From assembly GCA_965197965.1 (NCBI GenBank), contig OZ240235.1, positions 859,037 to 923,036 of the forward strand: a DNA stretch of 64,000 bases. Reading direction: 5' to 3'. A program made the position numbers and the translations under genes. The first letter of the stretch is position 1, and each line of letters opens with the position of its first letter. This document shows, in pieces, positions 20,408 to 29,852 of this stretch. This DNA is from Dehalococcoidia bacterium (GTDB taxonomy: Bacteria; Chloroflexota; Dehalococcoidia; Lucifugimonadales; QGNO01). Below the pieces are notes generated by a model. That model saw nothing but the letters and a program-made list of their open reading frames with translations. It made no database searches and was not told the origin of the DNA.

Positions 20408-20677
20408 TCATCCTACCGCATAAACTGATGGAAGCAGTATGGTGTCTTTAGCCATGCCCGGTTCTACGGGCTGAATCAAGGCTATAACGTTCATTTCCCG
20501 CGACACCTGCGCCGCTTGTGAAAAGGTACCAAATGCCCCTATGACCTCGCTGCCCCGAATGAGCAGCCACTTTCCAGGGTAGCGGACGGATAACTCTTGG
20601 CGGTTGGCATTCCAGAAGGCCGTCTCTTCCCCAAAGACGACATGAACTTCCGGGGTGACGTTGCGTTGCGTGTTCAC
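20408..20677 (-). CDS. Small protein, DUF5678-like
   Basis: ELSVRYPGKWLLIRGSEVIGAFGT pattern; 4 bp upstream of the protease. Confidence 0.6.
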   Translation of the reverse strand: MNTQRNVTPEVHVVFGEETAFWNANRQELSVRYPGKWLLIRGSEVIGAFGTFSQAAQVSREMNVIALIQPVEPGMAKDTILLPSVYAVG

Positions 20678-20820
20678 TGTCCGTTCCTCTCTACGGTCTG
20701 TGTTTTGCCTGCGGCGATTCTACTCGAAGCAGTATCGCCAACCGACTCCCTCAGCCTATTATACATGAACAAACGTGATACAACTCTCCATGAGTCCGAA
20801 TCTCTATCCTTCGTGCCTTG

Positions 20821-20905
20821 GAGACCTTTACACAACTCGACCGGCGGCTCCGAACCCTCTTCCCCCTTGATGGGGGAGATTGAGATGGGGTGAACCGTGC
20901 CTGGT
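20821..20905. repeat. REP/MITE-like element, copy 2
   Basis: GAGACCTTTACACAA...CCCCCTTGATGGGGGAGATTGAGATGGGGTGAACCGTGCCTGG, near-identical core to 9814-9864. Confidence 0.7.
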
Positions 20906-20961
20906 TCTTTCATCTATTAACGTATTGCGGAGGCAAATGAAAGGTTGATAAGTCAAAGTCA

Positions 20962-21738
20962 CTATACTCCCAAAGACTCCGGCGTCTGCTCTTCTATTCC
21001 CGGCATCACGTAATAGCTGGGCGCTACCGTGGTGAACTCTAAGCCCGGCTCATCCTGAGTTACCCCCGTGATATTCAGCTTCATCTGCTCCACGTACTCT
21101 ATTTCACCGTTCACCAGGCGGAAGGGCTGGTCGTGGCCGGGATAGATTATGTCTGCCTCCTCAATGACCCTATCCAGGCTCCTGATGGCTTGCTCCTGGT
21201 TCCAGAAGACCACGGGGTGCGTGCGGGACAGCGCCTGGTTTGCAAACAGCAGCACGTCGCTGGTGAGTATGCACTTGCCTTGATCCGTCTCCACCAGAAG
21301 GCAGATGCTGCCAGGTGAATGCCCAGGGGTGTGCAGGACGCGCACGCCCGGCTCTATCTCGAAGCCTTCCTCAACCTCTTGAATGCTGGGGTGGCTCTCT
21401 ATCATTGCGCCAGTCCATTTTGGCGTCGACCAGTCGTTCCTGTGGGGTCGCTTGGCGTACTTGCGTTCCCAGGAATGCATGAGGAGCGGGGCCTGCTCGA
21501 ACAGATCGAAGTTCTGGTTGTGGTCCCAGTGGGCGTGGCTCATCACCAGCACATCTATATCCGTCGGCGACAGGCCGCGCTTATCAAGCGCCTCTTGCAG
21601 GACAACACGACGCCCCACGTGACCAACGTCTACCAGTGTGCGTTTCTGCCCTTCGATGAGGATGATGCTGCAAAAGCCGACGATCCCCTGCTGCGTGTTC
21701 ATGCGGTACCCGTGAAGCAATACATCGAGCTTTGGCAT
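20962..21738 (-). CDS. MBL-fold metallo-hydrolase
   Basis: SHAHWDH, HTPGHSPGS, SD, YPGHD. Confidence 0.9.
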   Translation of the reverse strand: MPKLDVLLHGYRMNTQQGIVGFCSIILIEGQKRTLVDVGHVGRRVVLQEALDKRGLSPTDIDVLVMSHAHWDHNQNFDLFEQAPLLMHSWERKYAKRPHRNDWSTPKWTGAMIESHPSIQEVEEGFEIEPGVRVLHTPGHSPGSICLLVETDQGKCILTSDVLLFANQALSRTHPVVFWNQEQAIRSLDRVIEEADIIYPGHDQPFRLVNGEIEYVEQMKLNITGVTQDEPGLEFTTVAPSYYVMPGIEEQTPESLGV

Positions 21739-21867
21739 AGCGCTTCTCCTTGGAGTCTTGTATAACGGGAGTCCTATATGACGGTTCCATTGTCGGTTTG
21801 GCGGCGAATGTGGTCAACCGTTGGTCGATATGGTAGGCTCACGCATATTCCATGCAGTGGTGACGAT

Positions 21868-22065
21868 ATGCCCGACCTAACGCCTGACCAGGTCAAGATA
21901 CTAGCCCATTCCGTGGGCTTGGAGGTAGACGAGGAAGACCTGATGGAAGTTACGCACCGCCTCAATGTAATTGTGGCCGGGGTGGAGCGGTTCTCGCATC
22001 CCGGACTGGACTCCGTAGACCCTATACCCTTTCCTCCGCTTGAAGAGGCGTGCCATGGACAGTAG
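21868..22065 (+). CDS. Small GatC/AtzG-like amidase partner subunit
   Basis: 65 aa, LTPDQVKILAHSVGLEVDEEDL...VDP, overlapping the amidase start. Confidence 0.55.
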   Translation: MPDLTPDQVKILAHSVGLEVDEEDLMEVTHRLNVIVAGVERFSHPGLDSVDPIPFPPLEEACHGQ

Positions 22066-23470
22066 CCGTCTCACCGAGTTGACCGCCTCTCAGCTTGCGG
22101 GTCTCATCGCCGGCAAAGAGATCTCCCCTGTCGAGGTGACCGAGGCTTACCTGGAGCGCATAAACGACATCAACCCAAAGCTCAACGCTTTCATCACCGT
22201 GTGCGCTGAAGAGGCGATGCAGGCGGCACGGGAGGCGGAGCGGGCGGTGCTCAACGGCGATTCACTGGGGCCTTTACACGGGCTGCCCCTGGCGGTGAAG
22301 GACCAGTTTGAGACCAAGGGCATCTTGACCACGGCCGGGTCACGCATCTTGGCGGACTACGTGCCGGACCACGATGCTACCGCTATAGCCAGGGCCAGAG
22401 ACGCCGGCGCGATTCTCATTGGCAAGCTCAACATGACGCAGTTTGCCGCCGGTGGCGGCGACCCCTACCCCTTCGGCGAAGCGCGCAACCCCTGGAACCC
22501 GGAGCGCACCCCCAGTCTTTCCAGCAGCGGCTCCGGCATTGCTATTGCCGCTTCGCTTGCCGCAATAACCCTGGGTGAAGACACCGGGGGCTCTATTCGC
22601 GGGCCTGCGTCGGTCAACGGCATCGTGGGGCTGCGTCCCACCTGGGGCCGCGTCAGCCGCTACGGCATGCTCCCCTTCTGCTGGTCCATGGACACCGCCG
22701 GGCCCATGACTCGCACCGTTGAAGACACCGCCCTGGTGATGAACGCCATCGCAGGGTACGACGACAACGACCCGCAGACCTCCAGGCTGCCTGTCCCCGA
22801 TTACGCCGCGTCGTTGACCGGCAACCTAAACGGAGTCCGAATTGGCGTGCTCAAGGAGTTTGTGCAGAAAGAGGCCGTGCACCAAGACGTGCTCAGCGCC
22901 GTGTCCGTCGCGGCAACCCGGCTTGAAGAGATTGGAGCCTCCGTCGAGGAAGTCTCGCTTCCCAGAGTGAACGACGTCGCCATCGTGGCGGCGGCTATTT
23001 CTGAAAGCGACGGCGCTTTTGTGCACAGAGAGTGGCTGCGCACCAGGCCGGGCGATTACGGCCAAAACACCCGCCGACGCCTCATTGCGGGCAGCCTGAT
23101 ACCCGCCCAGATTGTGCACAAGGCAGCAAGGATACGCACTCGGTTCCGGCAAGAGTGGCAAGGTTTATCGGAGCGGTTCGATGCTCTGATCAGCCCCACT
23201 TCTCCCAACCCGCCCGGCAAGATAGAGCACGTGGACGGAGTCGCTTCTCGTGAAGAGGCCGAGCGCCGGTTTGGACATCGCAACAGCGCCACGTTTCCCG
23301 CCGCTTTTCTAGGCTTGCCTGCGTTGTCCGTGCCCTGCGGCTTCAGCTCGGAAGGCCTGCCGGTTGGCCTTCAAATCATTACGGACCGCTTTGAGGACGG
23401 ACTGGCGCTGAGAATAGGCCACGCTTACCAGGAGAGCACGGAGTGGCACACCATGAGGCCGGACGTATAG
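22055..23470 (+). CDS. Amidase-signature family enzyme
   Basis: GPLHGLPLAVKD, SLSSSGSG, GEDTGGSIRGPAS (Lys-cisSer-Ser triad), GLPVGLQ. Confidence 0.92.
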   Translation: MDSSRLTELTASQLAGLIAGKEISPVEVTEAYLERINDINPKLNAFITVCAEEAMQAAREAERAVLNGDSLGPLHGLPLAVKDQFETKGILTTAGSRILADYVPDHDATAIARARDAGAILIGKLNMTQFAAGGGDPYPFGEARNPWNPERTPSLSSSGSGIAIAASLAAITLGEDTGGSIRGPASVNGIVGLRPTWGRVSRYGMLPFCWSMDTAGPMTRTVEDTALVMNAIAGYDDNDPQTSRLPVPDYAASLTGNLNGVRIGVLKEFVQKEAVHQDVLSAVSVAATRLEEIGASVEEVSLPRVNDVAIVAAAISESDGAFVHREWLRTRPGDYGQNTRRRLIAGSLIPAQIVHKAARIRTRFRQEWQGLSERFDALISPTSPNPPGKIEHVDGVASREEAERRFGHRNSATFPAAFLGLPALSVPCGFSSEGLPVGLQIITDRFEDGLALRIGHAYQESTEWHTMRPDV

Positions 23471-23472
23471 CC

Positions 23473-24306
23473 ATGACTCAGTTATTCTTTGGCACAGGCA
23501 AGTACACCTACCAGATCATAGACCCGTTCGGAACATTGCCCGACGGAATGAGCTGGGGCAACGTGAGCCACGTGGCCGTGGACTCCAAAGACAGGGTCTA
23601 CGCCTTCCAGCGCAAGGACCCGCCCATAGTGATCTTCGATAGCGACGGTAATTTCTTGGACGGCTGGGGCGACGGCCAGCTAATAGATGCTCATGGCATC
23701 TTCTTCACCCCGGAGGACGACCTGTTTCTGGTGGACAGGGACATGTATGAGGTCCTGAAGTACACCCCGCAAGGAGAACCGCTGCTCCGCATTGGAGTCA
23801 GGGGAAAGTCGGCGTTGCAAGCCCCTTTCAACCACCCCGCAGACGTGGCCGTGTCGCCTAGCGGCGACATCTACGTGGCGGACGGCTACGGCAACTCCAT
23901 GGTGCACAAGTTCTCCCCCAACGGCGAACTCGTCCTTTCATGGGGCGCACCCGGCGGAGAGCCCGGTCAGTTCACCACGCCCCACGGCATCTGGGTGGAC
24001 GGAGAGTCGAGAGTTTACGTAGCGGACCGGGAGAACAACTGCGTCCAGGTCTTCGATGGGGATGGGAACTTCATCACCAGTTGGGGCAACTTCTACCACC
24101 CCATGGACATCTGGATGGACAAGCACGACATCTTCTACGTCACAGACCAGGTGCCCAGGTTTACAGTGCTGGACAGAGACGGCAACATACTGGCGCGGGG
24201 CCGCGCCCCAAACGCCGGCCACGGCATCTACGGCGACTCGGAAGGCAACCTGTACCTGGCGGCCAGCCTTCGCGGCATAGTCAAAATGGCAAGGTTGCAA
24301 ACCTAG
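23473..24306 (+). CDS. NHL-repeat protein, peptidyl-alpha-hydroxyglycine alpha-amidating lyase (PAL)-like, paralog 1
   Basis: AHGIF, FNHPADVAV, VADGYGN, TPHGIW, VADRENN, GHGIY. Confidence 0.82.
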   Translation: MTQLFFGTGKYTYQIIDPFGTLPDGMSWGNVSHVAVDSKDRVYAFQRKDPPIVIFDSDGNFLDGWGDGQLIDAHGIFFTPEDDLFLVDRDMYEVLKYTPQGEPLLRIGVRGKSALQAPFNHPADVAVSPSGDIYVADGYGNSMVHKFSPNGELVLSWGAPGGEPGQFTTPHGIWVDGESRVYVADRENNCVQVFDGDGNFITSWGNFYHPMDIWMDKHDIFYVTDQVPRFTVLDRDGNILARGRAPNAGHGIYGDSEGNLYLAASLRGIVKMARLQT

Positions 24307-24315
24307 GGGAGGACC

Positions 24316-25164
24316 ATGACCCGACTACTGTTTGGCACCGGCGATTACATATATGAAGTAGTCCAGCCTTTTGGAAAGCTGCCCGCCGGGATGGAGTGGG
24401 GAGTGATCAGCCGCGTTGCCGTCGATTCGCAGGGACGCGTCTACGTGTCGCGGAGGGGTACTCCTCCCATCTTGGTCTTCGACAGCGAGGGCAACTACCT
24501 GGCAGGCTGGGGCGGCGATTCCCTGGTAGACCCGCACGGCATGCTCTTCACCCCCAACGACGAGATAATAGTCTGCGATAGGGACGCCCACGAAGTGCTG
24601 AAGCTCAACCTGGAAGGCGAGGTACTGCTCAGAATAGGCGACCGCTCACGGGCGCACTGGCAAGCGCCGTTCAACCACCCCGCCGACGTGGCTGTGTCAA
24701 GCAGCGGCGACATCTACGTGGCCGACGGCTACGGCAACTCCGCGGTGCACCGGTTTTCAGCGCAAGGAAAGCACCTTCTGTCCTGGGGCAAGCCCGGTGC
24801 CGGGCCGGGAGAGTTCAGCACGCCGCACGGTATATGGGTCGACGCCGAGTCCAGGGTATACGTGGCCGACCGCGAGAACAGCCGCGTCCAGATCTTCGAT
24901 GAAGACGGACGCTACCTAACGGAGTGGATAGACCTGTATCACCCCATGGATATCTGGATGGACGACGACGGCGTGGCCTACGTCTCCGACCAGACGCCGC
25001 GATTCAGCGTCCTCAGCCCGCAAGGAGAGCTCCTGTCGCGGGGCAAAGCCCCCGATGCCGGGCTGGGCCTATTCGGCGACTCCAAGGGAGACCTCTATTT
25101 GTCGGGCTCTTTCCCAGGAGCCGCGCCCGTATCCAACGGCATCGTCAAGTTCATCCGGCAGTAG
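24316..25164 (+). CDS. NHL-repeat PAL-like protein, paralog 2
   Basis: Colinear paralog of the previous gene: PHGML, ADGYGN, TPHGIW, ADRENS. Confidence 0.82.
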   Translation: MTRLLFGTGDYIYEVVQPFGKLPAGMEWGVISRVAVDSQGRVYVSRRGTPPILVFDSEGNYLAGWGGDSLVDPHGMLFTPNDEIIVCDRDAHEVLKLNLEGEVLLRIGDRSRAHWQAPFNHPADVAVSSSGDIYVADGYGNSAVHRFSAQGKHLLSWGKPGAGPGEFSTPHGIWVDAESRVYVADRENSRVQIFDEDGRYLTEWIDLYHPMDIWMDDDGVAYVSDQTPRFSVLSPQGELLSRGKAPDAGLGLFGDSKGDLYLSGSFPGAAPVSNGIVKFIRQ

Positions 25165-25166
25165 TA

Positions 25167-25640
25167 ATGCCCGCATTGCTCCATAAGCTGACCTTTCCTG
25201 GCGCCATGACAGAAAGGGGTTTCTGGCTGTACGTTTGGAAGATCAAGTCCCCTTTTGGCGAATTACTATACGTAGGACGTACAGGTGATTCTTCGTCACC
25301 TAACGCAGCAGCACCATTCGCACGCATGGGTCAGCACCTAGGGACAAACAAGCGCAGCAATGCGCTCCGTCGGCACTTAGACGAACGCTGCATTCGGCCG
25401 GAGGCTTGCGACTCGTTTGAGATGATTGCCTATGGCCCGCTGTTCCCTGAAGCTCAGGATCAGCCTGAGCATAGGGAGCGACGAGATAAGGTTGCGGCAT
25501 TGGAAAAGGAGCTTGCCGAAACCTTGACACACGTTGGATATGACGTGTTGAACAAGGTCGCTAGCGAGCAACCCCTCGATCCCGACCTCTGGGTCAAAGT
25601 ACGTAAGGCGTTCCTAGTCCATTTTCCAGAAATAGACTAG
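25167..25640 (+). CDS. Hypothetical protein, possible GIY-YIG-like nuclease
   Basis: FWLYVW...LLYVGRTG...ARMGQH...ALEKEL...LN follows the GIY-YIG motif order; ATG 2 nt after the upstream stop. Confidence 0.5.
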   Translation: MPALLHKLTFPGAMTERGFWLYVWKIKSPFGELLYVGRTGDSSSPNAAAPFARMGQHLGTNKRSNALRRHLDERCIRPEACDSFEMIAYGPLFPEAQDQPEHRERRDKVAALEKELAETLTHVGYDVLNKVASEQPLDPDLWVKVRKAFLVHFPEID

Positions 25641-25648
25641 CTCAGCCC

Positions 25649-26995
25649 CTAGAACCAGTCCCTGCGAAAAGTCTCAAAAGGCACGTACGGCGGCTCGGCC
25701 GGATGTGGAATCGGCAACCTAACCGGCCCCCCCTCTCTCGATGGCAGATAGACCGTTGCCGTGCCGGGGGCCTGCTCCTCGCCCACCTGATTATTGCCGC
25801 TTATGCGTATGCCCACGGCATAGTACTCGTGCTCACCCGGCGCCCCGCCGTCCTCGCCCTTCTCCGTAACCCTGAACTTCTTGACCACTTCCCCGGTGTA
25901 AGTGGTGACGTCCGAGTAGAAGACGGGCCTTCTCAAACTGGCCTGCTGTCTGCGGATGAATCCATCATCGCCCATCCAGTTGGTTAGCAGCTGCTGAGGA
26001 AACTGGCAACGCTGCAATCCGAAATCGAACGGCAGCGGCTGGGTGCGATACGGTGAAAGCACAGCGTCCTCATGCTCGTTGCCGGGCGTCCACGGCCAGT
26101 ACGTATTGGGATGAACGCGGGCGCGGCCGGGCCACCGCCGCATGTTGCGATACGCCGGCTCAAAGCTGTAGACGTCTCCGTCCATCTCTTCACCGGCAGA
26201 AGCAGCATAGGTGAGGAAGTGATAGGCAAGCTGGTCTTGCAGCGTCCATGGCGGCAGAATCACCGGGCCCAACCGTTCCCCAACTTCAACGTCCTCCCAG
26301 TAGAGCGTTTCAGCTCCACGGCGGAACTTGTTCTGCATCTTATCGATGATCTCCTCAATGTCATCCGAGCTGTAGCTGGAAGCGCCGCGTTCGTAAAGCA
26401 TGCGCTCACCAAGGCGCTTGGGGTCCATCGACCTGGTGCCTCCCATGGTTGCGGTGGGCACCTGTATCTGTGTGGAGTAGACCTTGCCCAAAAGGTCTCC
26501 ATGGTAGTCCCAGTAGTTCAGCTCGGTGATGAGAAAGAGGAGAGCGCCCTTTGAGCCCTGCTTCTCCACAAGCTCGCTGGGTACTTTGGTTGTGCGGAAC
26601 TTGGAGCCCACCCTGATTGCGTCAAAGAACTCAAACGCGGTACCGGAGTAGAAGTTGGCCACCGGGTATCCCTCCGGCCTCCTGGCGCCATGGCCGGTAG
26701 GATAACGGATGGTGGAAACCACCACGCCCGGAGCAATCTGGCAACCGTAGCGGGTACTTCTTCCGTACTCAGGGTCCGTGTAGAGTGGATTATCGTCGCC
26801 CAGGTTTCTGGCAAACGCCATGATCGACTGGGAGTCCAAGCGCAGCGCCGCTTCAAAGGGAGGCGGCCCCTGCTCGAAGGGAGCAGGCGGCCAGGGCGGG
26901 ATGTGCTCCATGATCTCCTCGCCTATTTGGGCCCTGGACTTTTCTATGTACTCGGCAACAGCTTCTTCAAAAGATTGGCTAGAGGTTACAGTCAT
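25649..26995 (-). CDS. Double hot-dog MaoC-like dehydratase
   Basis: GDDNPLYTDPEY, IAPG, FEFFDAIRVG, LYWEDVEVGE, LLTNWMGDDGFI. Confidence 0.8.
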   Translation of the reverse strand: MTVTSSQSFEEAVAEYIEKSRAQIGEEIMEHIPPWPPAPFEQGPPPFEAALRLDSQSIMAFARNLGDDNPLYTDPEYGRSTRYGCQIAPGVVVSTIRYPTGHGARRPEGYPVANFYSGTAFEFFDAIRVGSKFRTTKVPSELVEKQGSKGALLFLITELNYWDYHGDLLGKVYSTQIQVPTATMGGTRSMDPKRLGERMLYERGASSYSSDDIEEIIDKMQNKFRRGAETLYWEDVEVGERLGPVILPPWTLQDQLAYHFLTYAASAGEEMDGDVYSFEPAYRNMRRWPGRARVHPNTYWPWTPGNEHEDAVLSPYRTQPLPFDFGLQRCQFPQQLLTNWMGDDGFIRRQQASLRRPVFYSDVTTYTGEVVKKFRVTEKGEDGGAPGEHEYYAVGIRISGNNQVGEEQAPGTATVYLPSREGGPVRLPIPHPAEPPYVPFETFRRDWF

Positions 26996-27088
26996 GTTCT
27001 TCCTCCCCTGTCCTTACCGCACGGGCTAGATAGCGCGATTATATTTCGCCCTTTGGGGGGTGTCAAAGTAAGCTCAAGCAGTGACTCA

Positions 27089-28810
27089 TCACCCTCCTCC
27101 TGAGGCTAACAGGTTGCCGTCAAGATCTCGTTCCACCAGTACCCTGGCGTCCGAGCCATCCAGCAACACCGTGTATAACATGACTGTATAAGTTCCCAGA
27201 CGTTGAGTCACAATCAGTTGAACTGCTACTCTGGAGCCGTCAGGAGACAAGGACGTGAACCCGTATGAACGCGTATCAATACTTGGCACGCCGTCACCCT
27301 CCAGAGCAGGCAGCAATCGAATTTCGGAGCCTTCCACCCTGGCCGCGACCGGTCCCACTCGTATCTCAGAGCCGTCAGGAGACCACAAAATCGCCCCCCT
27401 CAGTCTCGATGACGGTATGTAGCGACGGGCAATCTCGCGAAGGTCGGAGCCATCACTTTCTACCGTGTATAGCTGTAACAATTGGTTATCCTCGTTCAAC
27501 ACTGTTATCTTTCCGAATGCAAGTCGACCACCGTCGGGGGACCACGCCGGCGCAATGTTCCCTCGCCCAACCTTCCTCGGATCCGCCCCATCTACTCCGA
27601 TTGTAATAACCGATCGTAGATCATATGGCTCTTCATCATAAGCAGCAAACGCTAAACTTCGTCCATCCGGCGACCACACCGGATCCGAACTATGGTCGGT
27701 GACAACCTCCAAGTCAGAGCCGTCCGCTGCAATCGTGTAGATCTTACCTCTCGCAGTAAACGCAATCCGTCTCCCATCGGGAGACCAGGAAGGAATACCT
27801 ATGCTCCTCCTAGGGTCTAAGTCGGTAAGTACGCGCTCATCTGTCCCATCCAGCGCCGAGGTCGCTATCTCAAGGTGACGGCTTTGCCAGGGCCACCGTC
27901 GATGGTTCTTCAAATACGCTATCTTGGAGCCATCGGGTGATACATCCGGCGAGTAGTAGAGGTGCGAGTAGTAGGGGTCTTCTTCACCCTCACCTCCGTG
28001 TATCAACCGCAGTGAAGTTCCACCGGCGTCAACCGAGTACACCCTGCCTGGGTCAGAGAACACGATTTGCGCGCCGTCAGGAGTCCACCGAGGAGGTGCT
28101 TTAGGCTGGTAGGGGTACTTGGCCTCGATCTGTTGCTGGCGTCCCTGGGCTGTCATCATCGCCATGGTGAATGTACATGCCGCCATGAAGACCACCACAG
28201 CCACTACAGCGAACAACCCAACTCCAAGAAATCCAAGACCATGCAACATGGGCTTAATGATTCTTGTACTTTCTTTTATTGGAAAACTCTTTGGAGGGAC
28301 TGGTTCTGCATCTCCTCTACTACTCTCCTCCGCCACATCGGGCTGCGGTCCATACCGGTTGGAGTCAACTGTTCCGGGACCCGAGCAGAGAACCAGCAAT
28401 TTTACGACGTAGGCCCAGCTCGCCAAGATCCAGAATACGCCGTACAAATCGATGAGAAGCCGCCATGGTGATAAGTGATCGGCGCTAACAAACCCTGCAA
28501 CGATTAGGACCCACCCCACGGCGATGACCGCGTAGGGAACCAGCCACGAGGCGGAGCGGCCAGTGTCGTGCAGCCGCCTAACCGTTACGCCCAGCCAAAG
28601 GGGCGATGCAGCCATTTGGATCAACAGTGCGACTCCGAACAGGCTAGCAACTGCCAATGGTGCCCACCAATTGAACACAAGAATGGCCACCGGGACAAAG
28701 ATAATCGCGCCTATACCCGGGATCACCAGAAAGGGAATAGGAGCATATCTCCAGTATTCCCTCCGGGTAGCGCGCCCACTGAAGCTCAGGAACCTCAATG
28801 TGACCTCCAA
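27089..28810 (-). CDS. DUF805 membrane domain fused to TolB-like PD40 propeller
   Basis: FSGRATRREYW, VRRLHDTGRS, NRYGP (DUF805); repeated WSPDG motifs; true start may be TTG at 28798 after GGAGG. Confidence 0.8.
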   Translation of the reverse strand: MEVTLRFLSFSGRATRREYWRYAPIPFLVIPGIGAIIFVPVAILVFNWWAPLAVASLFGVALLIQMAASPLWLGVTVRRLHDTGRSASWLVPYAVIAVGWVLIVAGFVSADHLSPWRLLIDLYGVFWILASWAYVVKLLVLCSGPGTVDSNRYGPQPDVAEESSRGDAEPVPPKSFPIKESTRIIKPMLHGLGFLGVGLFAVVAVVVFMAACTFTMAMMTAQGRQQQIEAKYPYQPKAPPRWTPDGAQIVFSDPGRVYSVDAGGTSLRLIHGGEGEEDPYYSHLYYSPDVSPDGSKIAYLKNHRRWPWQSRHLEIATSALDGTDERVLTDLDPRRSIGIPSWSPDGRRIAFTARGKIYTIAADGSDLEVVTDHSSDPVWSPDGRSLAFAAYDEEPYDLRSVITIGVDGADPRKVGRGNIAPAWSPDGGRLAFGKITVLNEDNQLLQLYTVESDGSDLREIARRYIPSSRLRGAILWSPDGSEIRVGPVAARVEGSEIRLLPALEGDGVPSIDTRSYGFTSLSPDGSRVAVQLIVTQRLGTYTVMLYTVLLDGSDARVLVERDLDGNLLASGGG

Positions 28811-29012
28811 CTAGCCGTCAACGCTAAGTTTCCACGATGTTAATCCATCAAAGCGCAGGACGGACTTGACACCTGTTGTTCTTTCCATGCCACACTCTAT
28901 TTACGTTTGTCTGTTCTCCACGGATGTACCGCCCGGCGCGTAGCCTCAAATTCCCTCGCGTCTTGGCTTGTTTAACAAGCGTTGTCTGGAATCCGAGAAT
29001 AATGCACTCGCC

Positions 29013-29636
29013 TCAGCCAGTGGGCCGGCCAAGCAGCTTCCACGACCCGGACCGTCCCATGTTGTAACGGCCGTCCACCTCTATGATCAGGGGCACCATC
29101 AAGTCCAGGAGGTTGGCCCGGCTCAGAGGCCCGCAGTCCACGGCGCGAAAGCCAAGGTCTTCTATCAGTGAGGCCACGACCTCCTTTGCCTCGACATCGT
29201 CGCCGCAAAAGAAGACGTCCCGGGCCAGGCCGGTAGTTGGGTCGGTGGGTTCTCCCAACGTGCCATGGAAGGTGGCCTTGAAGGCGGGAATCACCCTGGC
29301 CCCCGGGCCGATAGCTGCGGCCGTGCTCTGCGCGCCGGAGCTATCGGCCGGTAGGTTGTCCATGGGATTCGTGATGTCGATGACAATCTTCTCCTTCAGC
29401 AGATCGCGGATGGGAGCTATGACGTCCAGGACTGCCCCGTACGGCACGCCGATGACCACTGCTTCAGCGTTACGGACGGCATCCGCGTATCCGGCAATCC
29501 CGGCGCCAACCCGGTCGGCGGCGGCTCTATTTCCACTGGGGTCTCTTGAGCCAAAGGTCACCTGGTGACCCGCTTTGATCCAGCCCGTGGCAAGGCCTGT
29601 GCCCATGCGTCCCGTGCCCAGTATGGCGATGTTCAT
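29013..29636 (-). CDS. NADPH-dependent F420 reductase-like oxidoreductase
   Basis: MNIAILGTGRMG, GSRD, IVIDITNP, CGDDVEAK, GFRAVDCGPL; AGAGGAGG RBS upstream. Confidence 0.82.
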   Translation of the reverse strand: MNIAILGTGRMGTGLATGWIKAGHQVTFGSRDPSGNRAAADRVGAGIAGYADAVRNAEAVVIGVPYGAVLDVIAPIRDLLKEKIVIDITNPMDNLPADSSGAQSTAAAIGPGARVIPAFKATFHGTLGEPTDPTTGLARDVFFCGDDVEAKEVVASLIEDLGFRAVDCGPLSRANLLDLMVPLIIEVDGRYNMGRSGSWKLLGRPTG

Positions 29637-29852
29637 GGCGCCTCCTCTTGCGTTCCGTGTTCCGCTTAGCATAGCGGATAAAGCCGTACTCACATCCGCA
29701 CCCCTCCGGTTTCTATTGGACACCTATCACAGCACAGGCATGTGGTCAATAATTACCGCGTGCCTGCATTAGCGCCTCCGCCTTTACAGGTGCAAAGCGT
29801 CGAACATATAATATCTTTTCGAAATCCGTAACTCTTTCGCAAATGGTGTACC

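Noticed and set aside
22055-23470. Amidase and small ORF as the GatCA amidotransferase subunits
   Set aside because: No adjacent gatB, a divergent SLSSSGSG motif and a catabolic context.
28811-28888. In-frame upstream ATG with TAG read-through into the DUF805 gene
   Set aside because: A good GGAGG-TTG start exists downstream and there is no evidence for amber recoding.
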